Of a stretch of 64,000 bases of DNA, positions 27,897 to 41,826 are shown piece by piece. Made by a program: the position numbers and the translations under genes. The stretch comes from Eledone cirrhosa. Taxonomy: Eukaryota. The notes below the pieces were generated by a model. The model saw only the letters and a program-made list of their open reading frames with translations. It was not told where the DNA came from and searched no databases. The DNA is taken from the NCBI GenBank assembly GCA_964016885.1, contig OZ024741.1, forward strand, positions 361,336,001 to 361,400,000, in the 5' to 3' direction. Every line of letters starts with the position of its first letter. Positions within the stretch are counted from its first letter, which is position 1.

Positions 27897-29181
27897 GTAA
27901 GTCCAGTGTGTCTAGGAATGCTCATTGTGTTTATAGAGTTCAGAGAGCTCTCTCTTTATGAGTTCCAACTACTTACTAATAATTTGTTTTTCTTCAGTAC
28001 TGATCAAGAGTTTTCAATGTTTGATACTTCAAACTGGCTGTTGTTGCTGTTGTCATGCAATATCATGCCAAGATTTAGCACACTCATTCATAATGTAATA
28101 TCATACAAAAGGAATACAAGAATGAAGGAAATGTTGAAGCAGAATAATATTTATAGAATCATATCTGTACATAAATAGTTCAAATTTACAAAGAGTAACA
28201 GGAAATAATCAGATCATAAAGTTTCAACATAATCATAACCCATAATTTTATGACTAAAACTATTATAACACCAGCTGCCTGCTGGTATAACAGTATTACT
28301 TATAACATTAGTAATACTGTGATGAGAACACTTTGTGACTGAGGAAGATATCACATGTTTGTAGATGTTCATGTACATGAGCAATTTATGTTTACTTCAC
28401 ATAATCCATCACAGAAAACCAGATACAATGGCAAAACAGGTTAAAATAATTGGTGGTCTCTAGTCCAGAACTGAACTAGTTTGATATGGCAACTATTCTC
28501 TCAGTGGTATAGTTGTTAATATAAAGTGAACGTTCTGTCCAGACCATTGAAACAATCAGAACTGGATTTGAAATTACAACTCATGAAAAAGTAGATAAAT
28601 GCCTAAACAATTGGCCTTCTTATCTTTCTGTAATATTTATATTTTTCCACTCCATTCAACTTTTATCTTTCCACAATTGGATGAAAACTTCAGTATACCA
28701 TTGCCTGCTTATTTATAACAGAATGCAGGTGGGATGAAGTGATCTCATAATTGGGTTATTCCCCTTGGCCATCAACACTACAGGGCATCTTGTTCAATGC
28801 TCTGATAATTCTGCCAATCAACCACTGTATACTGATACTTTATATATTGACCCGAGAAGAATAAACGACAAAGTTGACCATGGTAGGATTTGAACTCAGA
28901 GCATATAGAAGGAATATTGCCAGGCATTCTTCCCAACTCTGTCATTTTACCACCGACTAAGTATTTCTAACATCACATCTAAGACTTCTCTACTGAAAAT
29001 CAGTACTGAACATTGACTAAAAATAACAGTCTTCACCCCATTCTCAGTCTTAATCCCCATTTTTTTGAATCCTTCTCAATTTCCAACTGATATGTTGTTT
29101 TTTGTCTGCTACCTTCAGCATGCTTTCTCCAATCCTGATCCTCAAAAATAAATCAGTTATAACACAATAATAATCATCTTC

Positions 29182-29216
<35 letters not shown>

Positions 29217-29978
29217 CATCATCATCATCATCATTATCACCATCAACAACAACAATATGAGCAGTAGAAGGATGATAGTTAAAAGGTTAAAATCTGCCCT
29301 CAAGCTTGAAGGCTTATCAGGTCAGAGCTTATCCTAGTTTTAATGGTGTTAAATGACTGAGAATGTAAGACTCTCCTTAGGGTGGAACGCCAGTCCATTG
29401 CAGGTTTAACTCCCTGCTGCTAATAATGATGCTGGTACTCATTTTTAGCTAAGTAGACTTGAGCAATGTAAAATGAAGTGTTTTACCCAAGAACACAACC
29501 TGCTGTCCAGATCAGTAATAGAACATTGCAGTTATGAGCCAACATCCAGGTTAAGCACCTTTACTGGAATGATGATAAGGAAAATGTTTAATTTAGTTCA
29601 ATAAATATACAGAAAAAATATATATACTGAAAATGTAAAAATATATAAACAAAATGCCAAGATGGAGTTGGCCACATGCAAGAATGTACCCTACAAGTTG
29701 GACTGGTGTTTTTAGTGCATCTCCCTTGCTATACCCCAGGATAACACCTTTGCATTCTGTCCACTGGGACTGTGAGGCAACATCCATCTGAGGTTTTGCA
29801 CTTCAGAGAGAGAAAATAAGTGAATGAAAGAATATGACAATCTTTCATTGGTTGATTTATGATGTCACGGTTAATATATATGTGTGTGTGTGTAAAAGGT
29901 AAACAGAAATAACTAAGCAAACAACATAGTGCATGGAAGAAATATATTAGTTTAACGCTTGAAATAGTAAGAAGAGAG

Positions 29979-30014
29979 TCTTAACGTTTCAGACACTAGT
30001 CCTTCACCAGAAGA
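29979..30014 (-). ncRNA. Decayed minimal hammerhead motif (core A6 to G)
   Basis: Minus strand tctt-CTGGTGA-a-ggac(tagt)gtct-GAAACGTT-aaga. Confidence 0.5.
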
Positions 30015-30099
30015 TAGAGTCAGAAATGGAAGATAAATAAAAAGAAAAGAGTGAGAAGAGGAAGGAACGGGGGAAAAAAGGAGGAAAAAAATGCGAGAA

Positions 30100-30133
<34 letters not shown>

Positions 30134-30149
30134 TAAAAAAAGAAATTAA

Positions 30150-30670
30150 AGTTTATCCCAAGCCATACATATATGAGGCATGATGTAGTGGCGAAAACAC
30201 TTTACAATGCAATCCGTAGAAAAGATAGCCCTGACAATAAGCATATTAAAAGTTACAGCAGTGTGTAAGACATATACATACATAATATGCAAGGGTACTG
30301 GTGGAATGTTCCAGTGAAAACCCCAATAAAATGCAGGCATAACAGACCAGATATAATGACATGGCATAGGGAAAAGAAGGCATGCACAGTAATGGAAGTT
30401 AGCCACCCAGCCGATGCCATTAAAGATTAATGAAAAAGAGAACATTTATGCTAAACTAATGAGGAATTTGCAGATACTACAACCTGTTTATATTTTTAGA
30501 TTTATACCTGTGATCATTGAGGTTCTGGGATATGTTAGTAACTGCCTCTGTACAAATCTTGAGAAGCTGGACCTCACAGAACAAGAAAGAACATGACTAG
30601 TTAGGCAGTTACAAGTATAATCCATTAATGGAACAGTAAAAATATGTAAAACATTCCAAAAATTATGCAT
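30150..30670 (+). mobile_element. R4/Dong-like non-LTR retrotransposon 3' fragment (restriction-like endonuclease)
   Basis: Translates to YMRHDVVAK, WWNVPVKT..HNRPDI..VMEVSHP, KxxEKxxxY, PVIIxxLG; contains stops and frameshifts. Confidence 0.7.
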
Positions 30671-31371
30671 CTACATGTACAAATACAAAACATATGCACA
30701 TGTACACATATAACTCAAAACATAGACATACACACATACAATAGCATCCATACCTGCACACACATGCATGAATGCAAACATGCATACATATCTACCTAGT
30801 TAATGTTGCGTAAATTCCAATGAGAGAGTCTTGTAACTATATTAGAAACCGACTCTCTCTCTCTATTGGCAAAAATTTGTGAAATTATAAAACCAGAAGA
30901 ACATACATATACACATGCATACATACATATATACACGCACACATACATATTTATTATGCACTTTCTTTACTCTGTTCAATTATGTTTGTATGTTTGTTTT
31001 TTCTAGTACAATCATTCTCATAGAGTGAAAAGAAACAATGATAATTTTTCATGTTATGAGCATGTGTGTGGATGTGTATGTAGTTCTATATGGGTGAGTG
31101 TGCGTATGTATGTAGTTCTGTGTGTATGTTTATAGTATTATGTGTAAGTGTGGCTGTGTGTATGCATATAGTTATGTGCATATGTGGGTGTATGTAGTTT
31201 TATATGTGTCTGTATGATTATGTTTGTGTGTATGTGACATTATTTACATAACATATAAAAACAATTTTGTGTTTTGTTTCTATTTCCTACTGATCACCCA
31301 AACTAATCAGATTTTTTTTACTTTATTCTCCATGATTTTTTATTTTGTTTTTGTGTGTTTTGTTTAAATTT

Positions 31372-31709
31372 TTATTTTTATTTATTTTTCATTTTATTTT
31401 TTTTAGATTCCTAACCAATTTAGCATTCCATGTTATTTGCATTATGTCTTTTTCCAATGAAATAAAACACCTTTTGTTGGACTTCGAGTTTCTATAAAAC
31501 ACACACACATACATATGTATGTGTATGTATATATATATATATATATATATATACATACACATACATATGTATGTGTGTGTGTTTTATAGAAACTCGAAGT
31601 CCAACAAAAGGTGTTTTATTTCATTGGAAAAAGACATAATGCAAATAACATGGAATGCTAAATTGGTTAGGAATCTAAAAAAAATAAAATGAAAAATAAA
31701 TAAAAATAA
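31372..31709. repeat. ~340-bp palindrome centred on (TA)n
   Basis: Arms read as reverse complements outward from the TA run at ~31528-31553. Confidence 0.92.
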
Positions 31710-33284
31710 TAATAATAACATTAAGAAAGATGCTGATGTTACATAAATCGTTTATTCATGCGGTTCTCTCATGCAATCCAAGATACAATTCATGCATTTG
31801 TTGTTATGAGAACGGTATCTTCAGATGAAATCTGATTTTGTGATATGCTGCTGGCAGAAAAAAACATGTCCTTCTGTTCATGCACCTGGCAAACATATAT
31901 ATATACACACATATATATATATATATATATATGTGCTTCTATAATTATCGTGGTGGATATAGAGATGATACAATACCCACTATTTACTGTCCATCCTTTG
32001 TTCTCCAGTTATAGATTAGAAGTCTTATTAGGCAGCTGGATATCAAATTGATATTTGCCTGAGATAAGATGTGTGCACACCTTTATATGTCAGAAATAAA
32101 ATTATCAAACAAGTTATACACATGTATAATTAGAGATTATACATACATACATCTCAGTTCACGTTGGAAAAAAAAATAGACTTTCTAAAAAATTATTTTT
32201 TTAAATCTGGTAAATTAACCCTTTTGATACCAAAATGCCTGAAACCACTCCTGGTTCTATAATACAAACCTATTTCTTTTAAAGTGTTTGTATTTATCTA
32301 AGAATCTTCCATCATAATTTTAAGTAAAGTATTGCCCCAACTTTTGTTGAAAAATATCAGCTTAATAATGAAAAGGTTAGTTGTATTACTAAATTCTTCC
32401 AAATTCTTGATTGTTTTTAAAAGTTTTAGGCAGTGTCTTTCATTAGAAATATGTTAATGAAAGACTTAAGATAAGTTGTCCCTATAAAGAGATATGAGTT
32501 ATATTTTGTGGACAGACTTATTATACTTTTGGAAGTTTAACTCTTTGTTTTTTGCTGATGCAAACCATCACTAGTTTTCTTGGAATTCAGTATATTTTGT
32601 CCCCTTATGTTAGTGTTATCTGCAGTAGATTGAGGTCTTCTGAGGCTTATGGAAACATTCCTTTTATTTTAACCACTAATAGCATACTTATGTTTAGTAT
32701 ACTAACTGAAATGCTTTAGTCAGTGCATGTTTGAATCATATTTGATTTGTTGTTTATTGTTAATGGGATTGTTAATTCAAATGTTTATATTATCTTTACT
32801 AGAGAACATATCTCTGTGAAAACTTGTATTAAAGTAAAGACTTCAATGTGCTGTTTTGTACCTTCCAAGAATGTCTTGTTAATTCTGTTTCTTGTTAACA
32901 TTTGTTTCTAAGAGAGAAAAAATAACTAAATTTCAAAAAATATTTGTATTTGAGAAATTCTTAATTATTTTCTCTATTCAGGTAATTATGAAAGTGCTTT
33001 TTCTTAATACCAATATTTCGAATATTTTGTGTGATAAAAATATTCAAAATACGTTTTGTAGTAAAAAATATTTTAAATTTTTTTGGTGATAAAAATATTT
33101 AAAATATTTTGGTGATTCAAATATTTAAAATACGTTGGTGATGAAAATATTTAAAATATTTGATATAATTTTGATGATGAAAATATATAAAAATTGGGGG
33201 TAATAAAAAGATTTCAAATATTACTTAATTTTTAATAATTTTCCATTAATAAATTTCCTTCTAATTTTTTGTTCATATCTTTAG

Positions 33285-33420
33285 ACCTTTCAAGAAGCAA
33301 CAGATGAAGAAAAGGAACAAGGAGAAGCACTGAGAAGCAAGTTCGTGGAAATTGCTGGATCAGATATGGAAATTAATTCATATGAACTCCAAGATGTCCT
33401 GAATGCTGTCTTCAAAAGTG
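33285..33420 (+). CDS. Calpain exon, start of penta-EF-hand domain (…FVEIAGSDMEINSYELQDVLNAVFKS)
   Basis: ctttAG acceptor and GTTGGT donor; AGxDMEIxxxELxxxLN is the EF1 signature of calpain domain IV. Confidence 0.93.
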
Positions 33421-35165
33421 GTTGGTTTTCTTTTACATCAGTATTTTTTTTTTTTTTTGCTATTTTTTAAATGGTTTTTACTGTATTAAACATTTTGCTA
33501 GATTGCAGTTACTTAGAATATTTCTACATGCTTATAGCCTTCTACCTTGGCACATGTTTACCGAAATGCCTGAGAAGATTTGATCATAGAATAATCAGGT
33601 TTTGTGGATTATTTCATTGAAAACTAAACATTAGTAAAGTACCTTACAGAAAAATTTATTTTTAATATTCTTTTTTTAATTACCCCCAAAATATATTCAA
33701 TTTAGTTTGGTTAATATATATATATATATATATATACAGCCTATATATATTTTTTTTTACAGCTTATATATATATGTATAGGTTGTAAGTTGAAATCCAA
33801 CTACAAGCATTAGGTTCTACATTTGAAAAAACACAAATATTTGTGAGATAAGAAATCAATAGTACATCTGATGTAAAGACATGCAGCCCAATGGTTAGGG
33901 TGATGGGCTCATGGTTGTAGGGTGAAGTTTGATTCCTGGGCCGAGTAAGAGGTTGGGTCATTGAGTAAGAGACTTTATTTCATGTTGCTCCAGTCCGTGC
34001 AGCTGAAAAAAAGGAATGCCAACAGCAACAAGAGGTTAACCCTGCAATGGACTGGTGTCCCATCCAGGGAGAAAGTCATTTGCCTGTGATAAGTTGGCTG
34101 GTTGGTAAGTTGGATAGCTGATTGGCTGGTTAACTGGCTAGTTGGTTGGTTGGTTCATTTGTTCGTTCGTTCATTTGTTCATTGATTGGTTAGCTTCTGG
34201 TCACCCTCTGACCCAATAATCAAATGTTCAATGACTAGTTAACTGGTTGGTTAGCTGGTTAGCTGGCTGGCTGGCTGGTTGGTTAGTTGGCTGGTTGGTT
34301 AGCTTCTGGTCACTGACTCAATCATCAAAAATTGGATGACTGGTTGGTTGGCTGGCTAGTTGGTTAGCTGGCTAGTTGGCTGGTTATTTGGTTGGTTGAT
34401 TCTTTAGTTGGTTGGTTATCTTCTGAGCACCCTCTGACCCAATAATCAAAGGTTGGATGGTTGATTGGTTGCAGCTGACTCTCTGATCCAGCTGACTCAA
34501 TAATCAAAGCAGTCCACCTTTAACCATCCCATAGACAAAGTGCATTTAAGGTCTATATTAGTGTCCTTCCTTTTTTTTAAGACAGCAGGGTTTGATTAGA
34601 GGGAAATGTTACTGCTATATTTAACAGGTTCCCTATTGTGTTGGTCTGAACAAGTTGTACAAAACAGTAAAAAAAGTTATAGCAGTTTTAGAATAGCATT
34701 AGCTCTTTTGTTACTTTTCATGAAAAATATTGCCTATAATTTCCTAATCCTCTTGAAAATAATCAAAAAATTTTGAGAGATTAAGTAATATAAATATTTT
34801 TAATACTTTTATTAAGCTGGTGTTTGGAGTATATCTTAACAAATGTTCTTATATAAAATTATGATGAAAAGTTTTTAGATAAAATATGATGCAAACAGTT
34901 TTGTATTTTATTACAAGGAGCTGTTTCAAGTGGTTTGATATCAAAAGGGTTAAATGAATGAAATATGTTATTAATAAAATTATAATATTTAAGATTATTA
35001 ACTCTATTTTTAGATGTGAAATATTTTTTTATATTTACATTTACACCGTGGGTTGATGGGTCTACCCAAGACATCTACTGAACTTTTGGGCCAAAACCTG
35101 AAATATGTATACATAAAATAATACAATATAATCCAACTTGTTTATACAAGTTTCTGATTTATATA

Positions 35166-35266
35166 CAGGGTGTCCCAAAAAAATGTATGCACACTTTGAT
35201 TACCTGTACAGGCAATATTTATTAGAATGCTGTTGAAGTGTGTATACATTTCTTTAGGATACCCTA
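35166..35266. mobile_element. Tc1/mariner-type MITE
   Basis: TA-cagggtgtcccaaaaaaatgtatgcacactt ... aagtgtgtatacatttctttaggataccct-a-TA, imperfect TIRs. Confidence 0.65.
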
Positions 35267-37475
35267 TATAAATATTTGTTGTCGGGTGTGTAGTGACCTA
35301 CAGAATGTACTACATGGATGTAGATATCCAAGAATGAGACACTAGATGACTGAGGAAAGATAAAATGATTTTAAAAATGCAGTGTAGATGTAAAAATTAA
35401 ATATTAAAAAATATTTCATCTCTAAAGATGAGAGTTAGAAAAATTAGAAGCTTATTAAAATATGATGTTCTAAACTAATAATCTTAAACTTTATACCCAC
35501 AAACTTTAAAACTTATAATCCACAAAACTTGAAATTATGTTGTTAGGATAAAAACTTTCCACTAATAGAGCACATTTTCAATTTGTGTGTGTTATATCAC
35601 TGTTGAATTAACCAAAAGATATTAGTCCCCAGCAAAGATGTATGTTTCTGTTATCCAGCAGAGAAAATATAGAAATGATTTAGTGTGTGATTTTTTTTAA
35701 CTCTTGGAGTACCAGCGTCAATTTTGTTATTTTACCACACGTCATGGTTACTCATTAATTTTTGCATTTCTAGTAAATGACACAACCTTTGGTCTTCAAT
35801 TAATTTGGAAAATAATTAAGAATTAATTTTTAAAATAATCAAAAATTTGAAGGGATTTATTAAAATAACTAACTTTCTCATTACTAAATTGTATTCTTAC
35901 ATAAAATTATGATGGAAAATATTTAGATAAATATAAAACTTTAAAACAAACAGTTTTGTATAATAAATTTAGTGATGTCTTGGTAACAAAAAGGGTTAAA
36001 AATGAAATATATTTCAATCAAATTTGCTTTATTTACTTTGTCTGGACCTGTGCTTCACAAACTAAACTAAAACATACCTGTACATCTTTGGCACTTAAGA
36101 GGTGAGAGTTAAAAGATATACTAGTATGTCTTTAGCACACAGTTAAGAAATTCAATGTTATTTTTCTGATTTCTTAAAAGTAGCTTTTATGCTGTGCTTT
36201 GAGTATAGAATGGAAATATTCTGACAGTTTAAGCATATGAAATTTTAAACTGTCTGCTGTTTCTGGCTTCTTTCAAAGAGAAATGGGGATGTAGGTGTGT
36301 TATAGAGAGAAGTTAAAAAGCGTAGTTTATTAACAATATAAATGAAATTAGATTCATGAGTTTGCTGTTTGATCTTCAAAATAACTTGAAGAAATTAATA
36401 AAATTTAAGTTCGAATAATGTAGTTAAAACATGTATCAACTTATTTTTTAAATAATTTTTTTTTTTTTTTTTGTTCGATAAGGTTTTTTTTTTGGGGGGG
36501 GGGGCATTTGTAAAGATCTTTTCTTAAATATTTCCAGCTTTTGACTTCTGATGGAAAACATTTTGACAATGTAAAAGTTACAAAAGAAAATATAAATTTA
36601 GATTATTAAAATGTCAATAATATTAATAATGATACATGAAATATTATTACCGATAATAATAAAGTTGATTAACAAAAATACAACAATATGAGTTAGTGAA
36701 AGCAGTAAAGATCCTTGTAGGTGCCTTATATTATCCCCTTTAGTGTCTTATGGCTCTGAATTCAACCCTCAACTTTGTCTGTGTTAATCTTTCATTCCTC
36801 TCGAATTGATAAAATAAATAACACAATGATTGAGTTCATAGAATATGTGTCCCTTCATACCAAAAACGATCTAGTAAGATCCAGATACTTTACAAATGTG
36901 TATTATGCATCTATGATGTTAATCTCTTAGTTACTACTAGTCTGATATGAAATTAGTTAAATTGCAGATCATTTTCATATGAATGTTGTATTTTAGGAGG
37001 GTCATTTTGCTAATTATAATTTTTTTAATCATTTAAAAAAATTACAAACACGAAATTTCAAAGGAATATGCTTTGTTTTATCATTTTTCCCAATGTTATA
37101 ATTTCCTGTTCATGCACAAAACTCACAAGCACAATAATAAATCAGCAACTATCTGTTGAAGTGCATGAAGAACTTGGCTCCAATGTTTGTACTAAATAGT
37201 TCTACAGAGATGACCTATCATCAGCTGCCAACATTGGGGCCTTACTCAGAGATTTCTGGATTACACAATGTTGTTACATAATGTTTGTATGTTCTCATAT
37301 CTGCATTATTGTCTGTTCACGTATCTGCATTATTAATTTTATTGATATTAATATACACCAAGTTGAATATTATTGTACTGTCACACCAAACAGACTAAAA
37401 ACTGGGAATTTTAATAGTTTTTGTTTTATTTTTGTTTTTATTTTATTTTTTATTTTCATTCACTTTGTTATCTAG

Positions 37476-37487
37476 GGACCTTTGTTG
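37476..37487 (+). CDS. Candidate 12-nt microexon (adds GTFV) between EF1 and EF2
   Basis: Long T-rich tract, tctAG|GGACCTTTGTTG|GTAAGC; phase 1/1 matches the flanking exons. Confidence 0.6.
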
Positions 37488-39274
37488 GTAAGCCACGTTT
37501 TCTAATCCTTTAAACTTTAACTTTAAAGTTTCTGCTTGTACTATCATTATTAGTCTCACATATTAGAAACTGCACGATAGATAAATGCTTTTATCATAGT
37601 TGCAGCTCATTCCTCTGCATCTTCAGACAATGCACTTCTATAATTTGCACATAACTGAAAGTTTTATTAACTCTTCATCTGCAGGTTTCTAAGGCAGAAA
37701 ATCTTTTCAGTTTCAGAGAATGTAAACTATGCATGAAAGGGAACAATTCTCATCTATAGGTGTTATATAACTGAACATTGCTGAATTGGCAGAATCGTTA
37801 GAGTGTTAAACAAAATACCTTGTGGTATTTGTTCTGGCTCTCTACACCCTGAGTTAAAAAATTGTCAATGTCAACTTTGCCTTACATTCATTTGGGTTTA
37901 CTGAAATAAAATATCAGTCCAACATAATGGATTGGCAAAATTGTTAAATCATCTGATGAAAACCTTTGCGGTATTTGCTCCAGCTTTTTGCATTCCTAGT
38001 TCAAATTCCACCATGTCCTGGTTGGGTGGCAGAACTAATCTGCTACCCAGTTTAACACCACCACCATCTGTTTCATCTTTGGTTGCCTTTGCCAGAGTCC
38101 ACTCCACTGCAAGCATTCAGATCACATGTCCAGCTTGGGGATACCTTTCTCTCTCTCCCTCCTTCACACCTATTTTGAGGGCTCTGAAAAGGGTAATGGA
38201 CACTACCCTGCTTTCTTTGACCAAACAATAAATAAATGAATGGATGAATAAATAAAATCCCTTCATTTGTGTGCAAAGTAGAATTACATTTTCAGGAAGA
38301 GAAATTTTTCAAATTTCACTGAAGAATTTACTGTTGAATTGATGAACTTTTCCATTAATTAGGAAACAAAATTTGTGGTTGAAACATTCATTTTACAGTG
38401 TAAATTCAAGTTACAATCTTACATTCAGCTTACAATCTAAAAATCATTACTATAGACTAACAAATTATCTGTAATAACCAAACACCTTTATTTCAATGTA
38501 AAGATAAAGGGAAATTCTTTAAATAAATATTTTTTATAGTTAAATCTATCTATAGCTAAGTTAATAAAGTTCTACTATTTTTATGTGTAACCCTAGCAGA
38601 AAATATTTTTTTATTTTAAAACTTTAGATTAAAAAAGATTTTAAATGTTATTGGTATATTTAAGCGTTCTCTGGTTCACATCAGGAAAAATTGTTAGTTC
38701 ATCATTATTATTATTGTCAGAATAAGTGTCGTCGATGGGCAGAATCTTTAGGACATTGGACAAAATTCCTCATGGTAGTTAGTTAGAGCCTTTTACATTC
38801 TGAGTTTAAGTGGCACTAAGGTCAACTCTGCATTTCATCCTCCTAGCGTCAATAAAAGAAGTGCAAGTACTAGAGTGAATTTAACTGACTTTCCCCTCTT
38901 GTAATAATTACTGGCATTGTACCTAAATTAAAAACCATTAAAAGGGGTTGGAAATTGGCATAATCGTTAGAGCATCAGATAAAATATCACACTATTTACA
39001 GCTGTTTACATTCTGGTTAATTTTATCTTTTATATCTCCAAAATAAAATACCAATCAAGAATTGGAGTTGATTTCTGACAGTATATTATATCCTTGAGCA
39101 AGACACTTTATTTCATGCTGCTTCAATCCACTCAGCTGGAAAAAAATTAGTTGTACTTTGTGATTCAAAGGGCCATTTTTATCATACACTGTATCATACT
39201 GAATCTCCCTTAGAATTACGTTAGGTGCACACATAAGATTTTTTTTACAACTAAAACTAAGTCACTGCCATTAT

Positions 39275-39900
39275 TGGCAGTATCGGTAGAGGGTCAGACG
39301 CCATGCTTTGACACATAGAGTTACGGCCCTTTCCATTCAGAGTTCAAATCCCGCCGAGGTTAACTTTGCCGTTCATCCTTACGGGGTCGATAAAATAAAG
39401 TACCAGTAATACACTGGAATAATTGCTGGCCTTATGCCAAAAGAGGAAACAATTATTAGATATTATGTTTGTGGATTGGCAGTATTGGTAGAGGGTTGGA
39501 CGCCATGCTTTGCAGCATAGTTCAAATCCTTTACAGTCTGAGTTCAAATCCTGCCGAGGTTAATTTGCCTTTCATCCTTACAGGGTCGATAAAATAAAAT
39601 ACCAGTAATGCACTGGAGTATTGCTGGCCTTGTGCAAAAAGTAGAAACAATTATTAGATATTATTAGATAGTGCAGTAAGGTATTGGATTAGCAGAATCA
39701 TTAAGGCATTCATTGAATAAAATGCTTTGCAGCATTTAGTCACAGCACCTTTACATTCTGAGTTTAAATCCACAAGGTTAATTTTGCCTTTCATTATTTC
39801 GAGGTTGATACAATTAAGTACCAGTCAGATATTGGAGTCAATATAATTGATTCTCTCTCTCTCTTCCAAATTGCTGGCCTTGTGCTTAAATTAGAAACTA
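39275..39900 (+). mobile_element. Tandem cluster of the same SINE family
   Basis: Three successive copies of gagttcaaatcc...cctttcatccttacggggtcgataaaataaagtaccag. Confidence 0.7.
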
Positions 39901-40654
39901 TTATTAAGTAATACACTGACTCAGAATTTAATATTTTTAATTCCAATATGATAATATGATTAATTTAATATTTTCTAACCTTTTTTATTATTGTTCTCTA
40001 TTCTATGTAGCTTAACTAAAACACACTTTACATTTCCTTTCCCTGCAATAACACAGCCATTCTGCATTATTCGTTCAAAGCAGTTTAATTAATGCTTCAC
40101 CAAAAACGTCCTATATTCTAACAAATGGCAGTAAAGCTCAATTGCAAATGCTTCTGAATATTTAACAATTTTCAGCTACAGTTTTTTTTTTAAATTCCTT
40201 GATGATGCCACCATTGTTCAGCCAATTATTTCAATTACTTCAATTCTTCTGATCCAATTTCTGGATTATTTGTTACATGTTGTGTCTCTCTAGTTTTTAA
40301 GTTCAATAATTACACGTTTTTAAGTTCAATAATTATTTGTTGTCAATCTGGGTTTTTTTTTTATTACTATCAACTTTTAATGATGCATATTATCATCATC
40401 AATATAATCATCATCACCATTTTTAAGGCCAGCATAACAATAATTACGTTGATGACTAAGATAATGATCTTGATGATGATGATGATAGCAATGATAATAA
40501 TGATAATGAAGATGGTAATATGCCTCATTAAGGTGATTCAAAAGCTAAACTAATAGGAAGCTACGATATCAACAATATAACAATATATATACATATATAT
40601 ACATACATATATACATATATATATATATACATAAATATATATATATCTATCTAT

Positions 40655-40815
40655 CTAAGGCGGGTAAAATTCCCGAGATCCATGGACGAGTTCTCTCCAG
40701 CGGTCTCTGTCCCTCATTATCGCTGCCATGTCCTGCATCTCCAACAGACCAGTGTCTGTCCTTAGGGCATCAACATACGTTAACCTTGGTCTTCCTCTTC
40801 TAGTGTGTCCATTAT
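40655..40815 (-). mobile_element. RTE LINE extreme 3' fragment
   Basis: GHTRRGRPRLTYVD...MRDRDRWR. Confidence 0.65.
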
Positions 40816-41008
40816 ATTTATATATATATTTATGTATATAATTGTCCTTCAAGGTAATATTTTATGCAATGCCACTTCAACGGTATTTTGCTGTTCTAAC
40901 AGCTTCCATACGCCGAGTTTTCCCATTTTCTTGATAATCCTAATACACTCATGTCTCAAAAGTCTATTTTCGAGTTAATTTCTTTATATATACATATATA
41001 TATATATA

Positions 41009-41070
<62 letters not shown>

Positions 41071-41078
<8 letters not shown>

Positions 41079-41405
41079 AACAAAAGATGGTTAAAGGAGT
41101 TCCATGTATTTTATTATGCGCATTTCAAAAACAAACATCATCATGCAATAATATTTGTGTTTTCATCAGATAAAACAGGAGGACATGATATGAAGGCTAA
41201 AAACCCTTGTGGATAGTGCAGTTTTAAATCAACATATCATATGTTGATTTAAAACTGCACTATCCACAAGGGTTTTTAGCCTTCATATCATGTCCTCCTG
41301 TTTTATCTGATGAAAACACAAATATTATTGCATGATGATGTTTGTTTTTGAAATGCGCATAATAAAATACATGGAACTCCTTTAACCATCTTTTGTTCTT
41401 ATATA
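41071..41405. repeat. ~335-bp palindrome with a 1-nt centre
   Basis: Centre caacatat-c-atatgttg at 41238; arms are complementary by eye. Confidence 0.95.
41299..41369 (+). ncRNA. Minimal hammerhead motif in right arm of palindrome (mirror copy 41107-41177 on - strand)
   Basis: tgttttat-CTGATGA-long stem II-GAA-atgcgcat-A-ataaaata; palindromic stem III; AUA triplet. Confidence 0.75.
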
Positions 41406-41826
41406 TTATGTATACTCCAGTCCTACAAACTGTAGAGCGCTTCTTATCCGATATCTGCATTGCTTTATTGTACTACAATAAAACTCACCTCCTACATATA
41501 TATATATATATATATGTGTGTGTATGTGTGTGTATTTATAATTATATATATATATATAATTATCATCATCATATATATATATAATATATATATAATTATA
41601 TATATATATAATTATATATATATATAATGGGTAACTTTTTAAATTGTTAGAATGTTGTGTTGAAATGTTTATATATTGTTAATGTTACTGCTTTGTGTTG
41701 TTAATGATATAATCATGTTACTGTTTACACTCATGTATGTATTTTTGAATGGAAATTAAATTAATTTCAGCTAACAGAATGATGGTAAGGTGCGTGCACA
41801 TACAAATATATATAGAGAGAGAGAGA

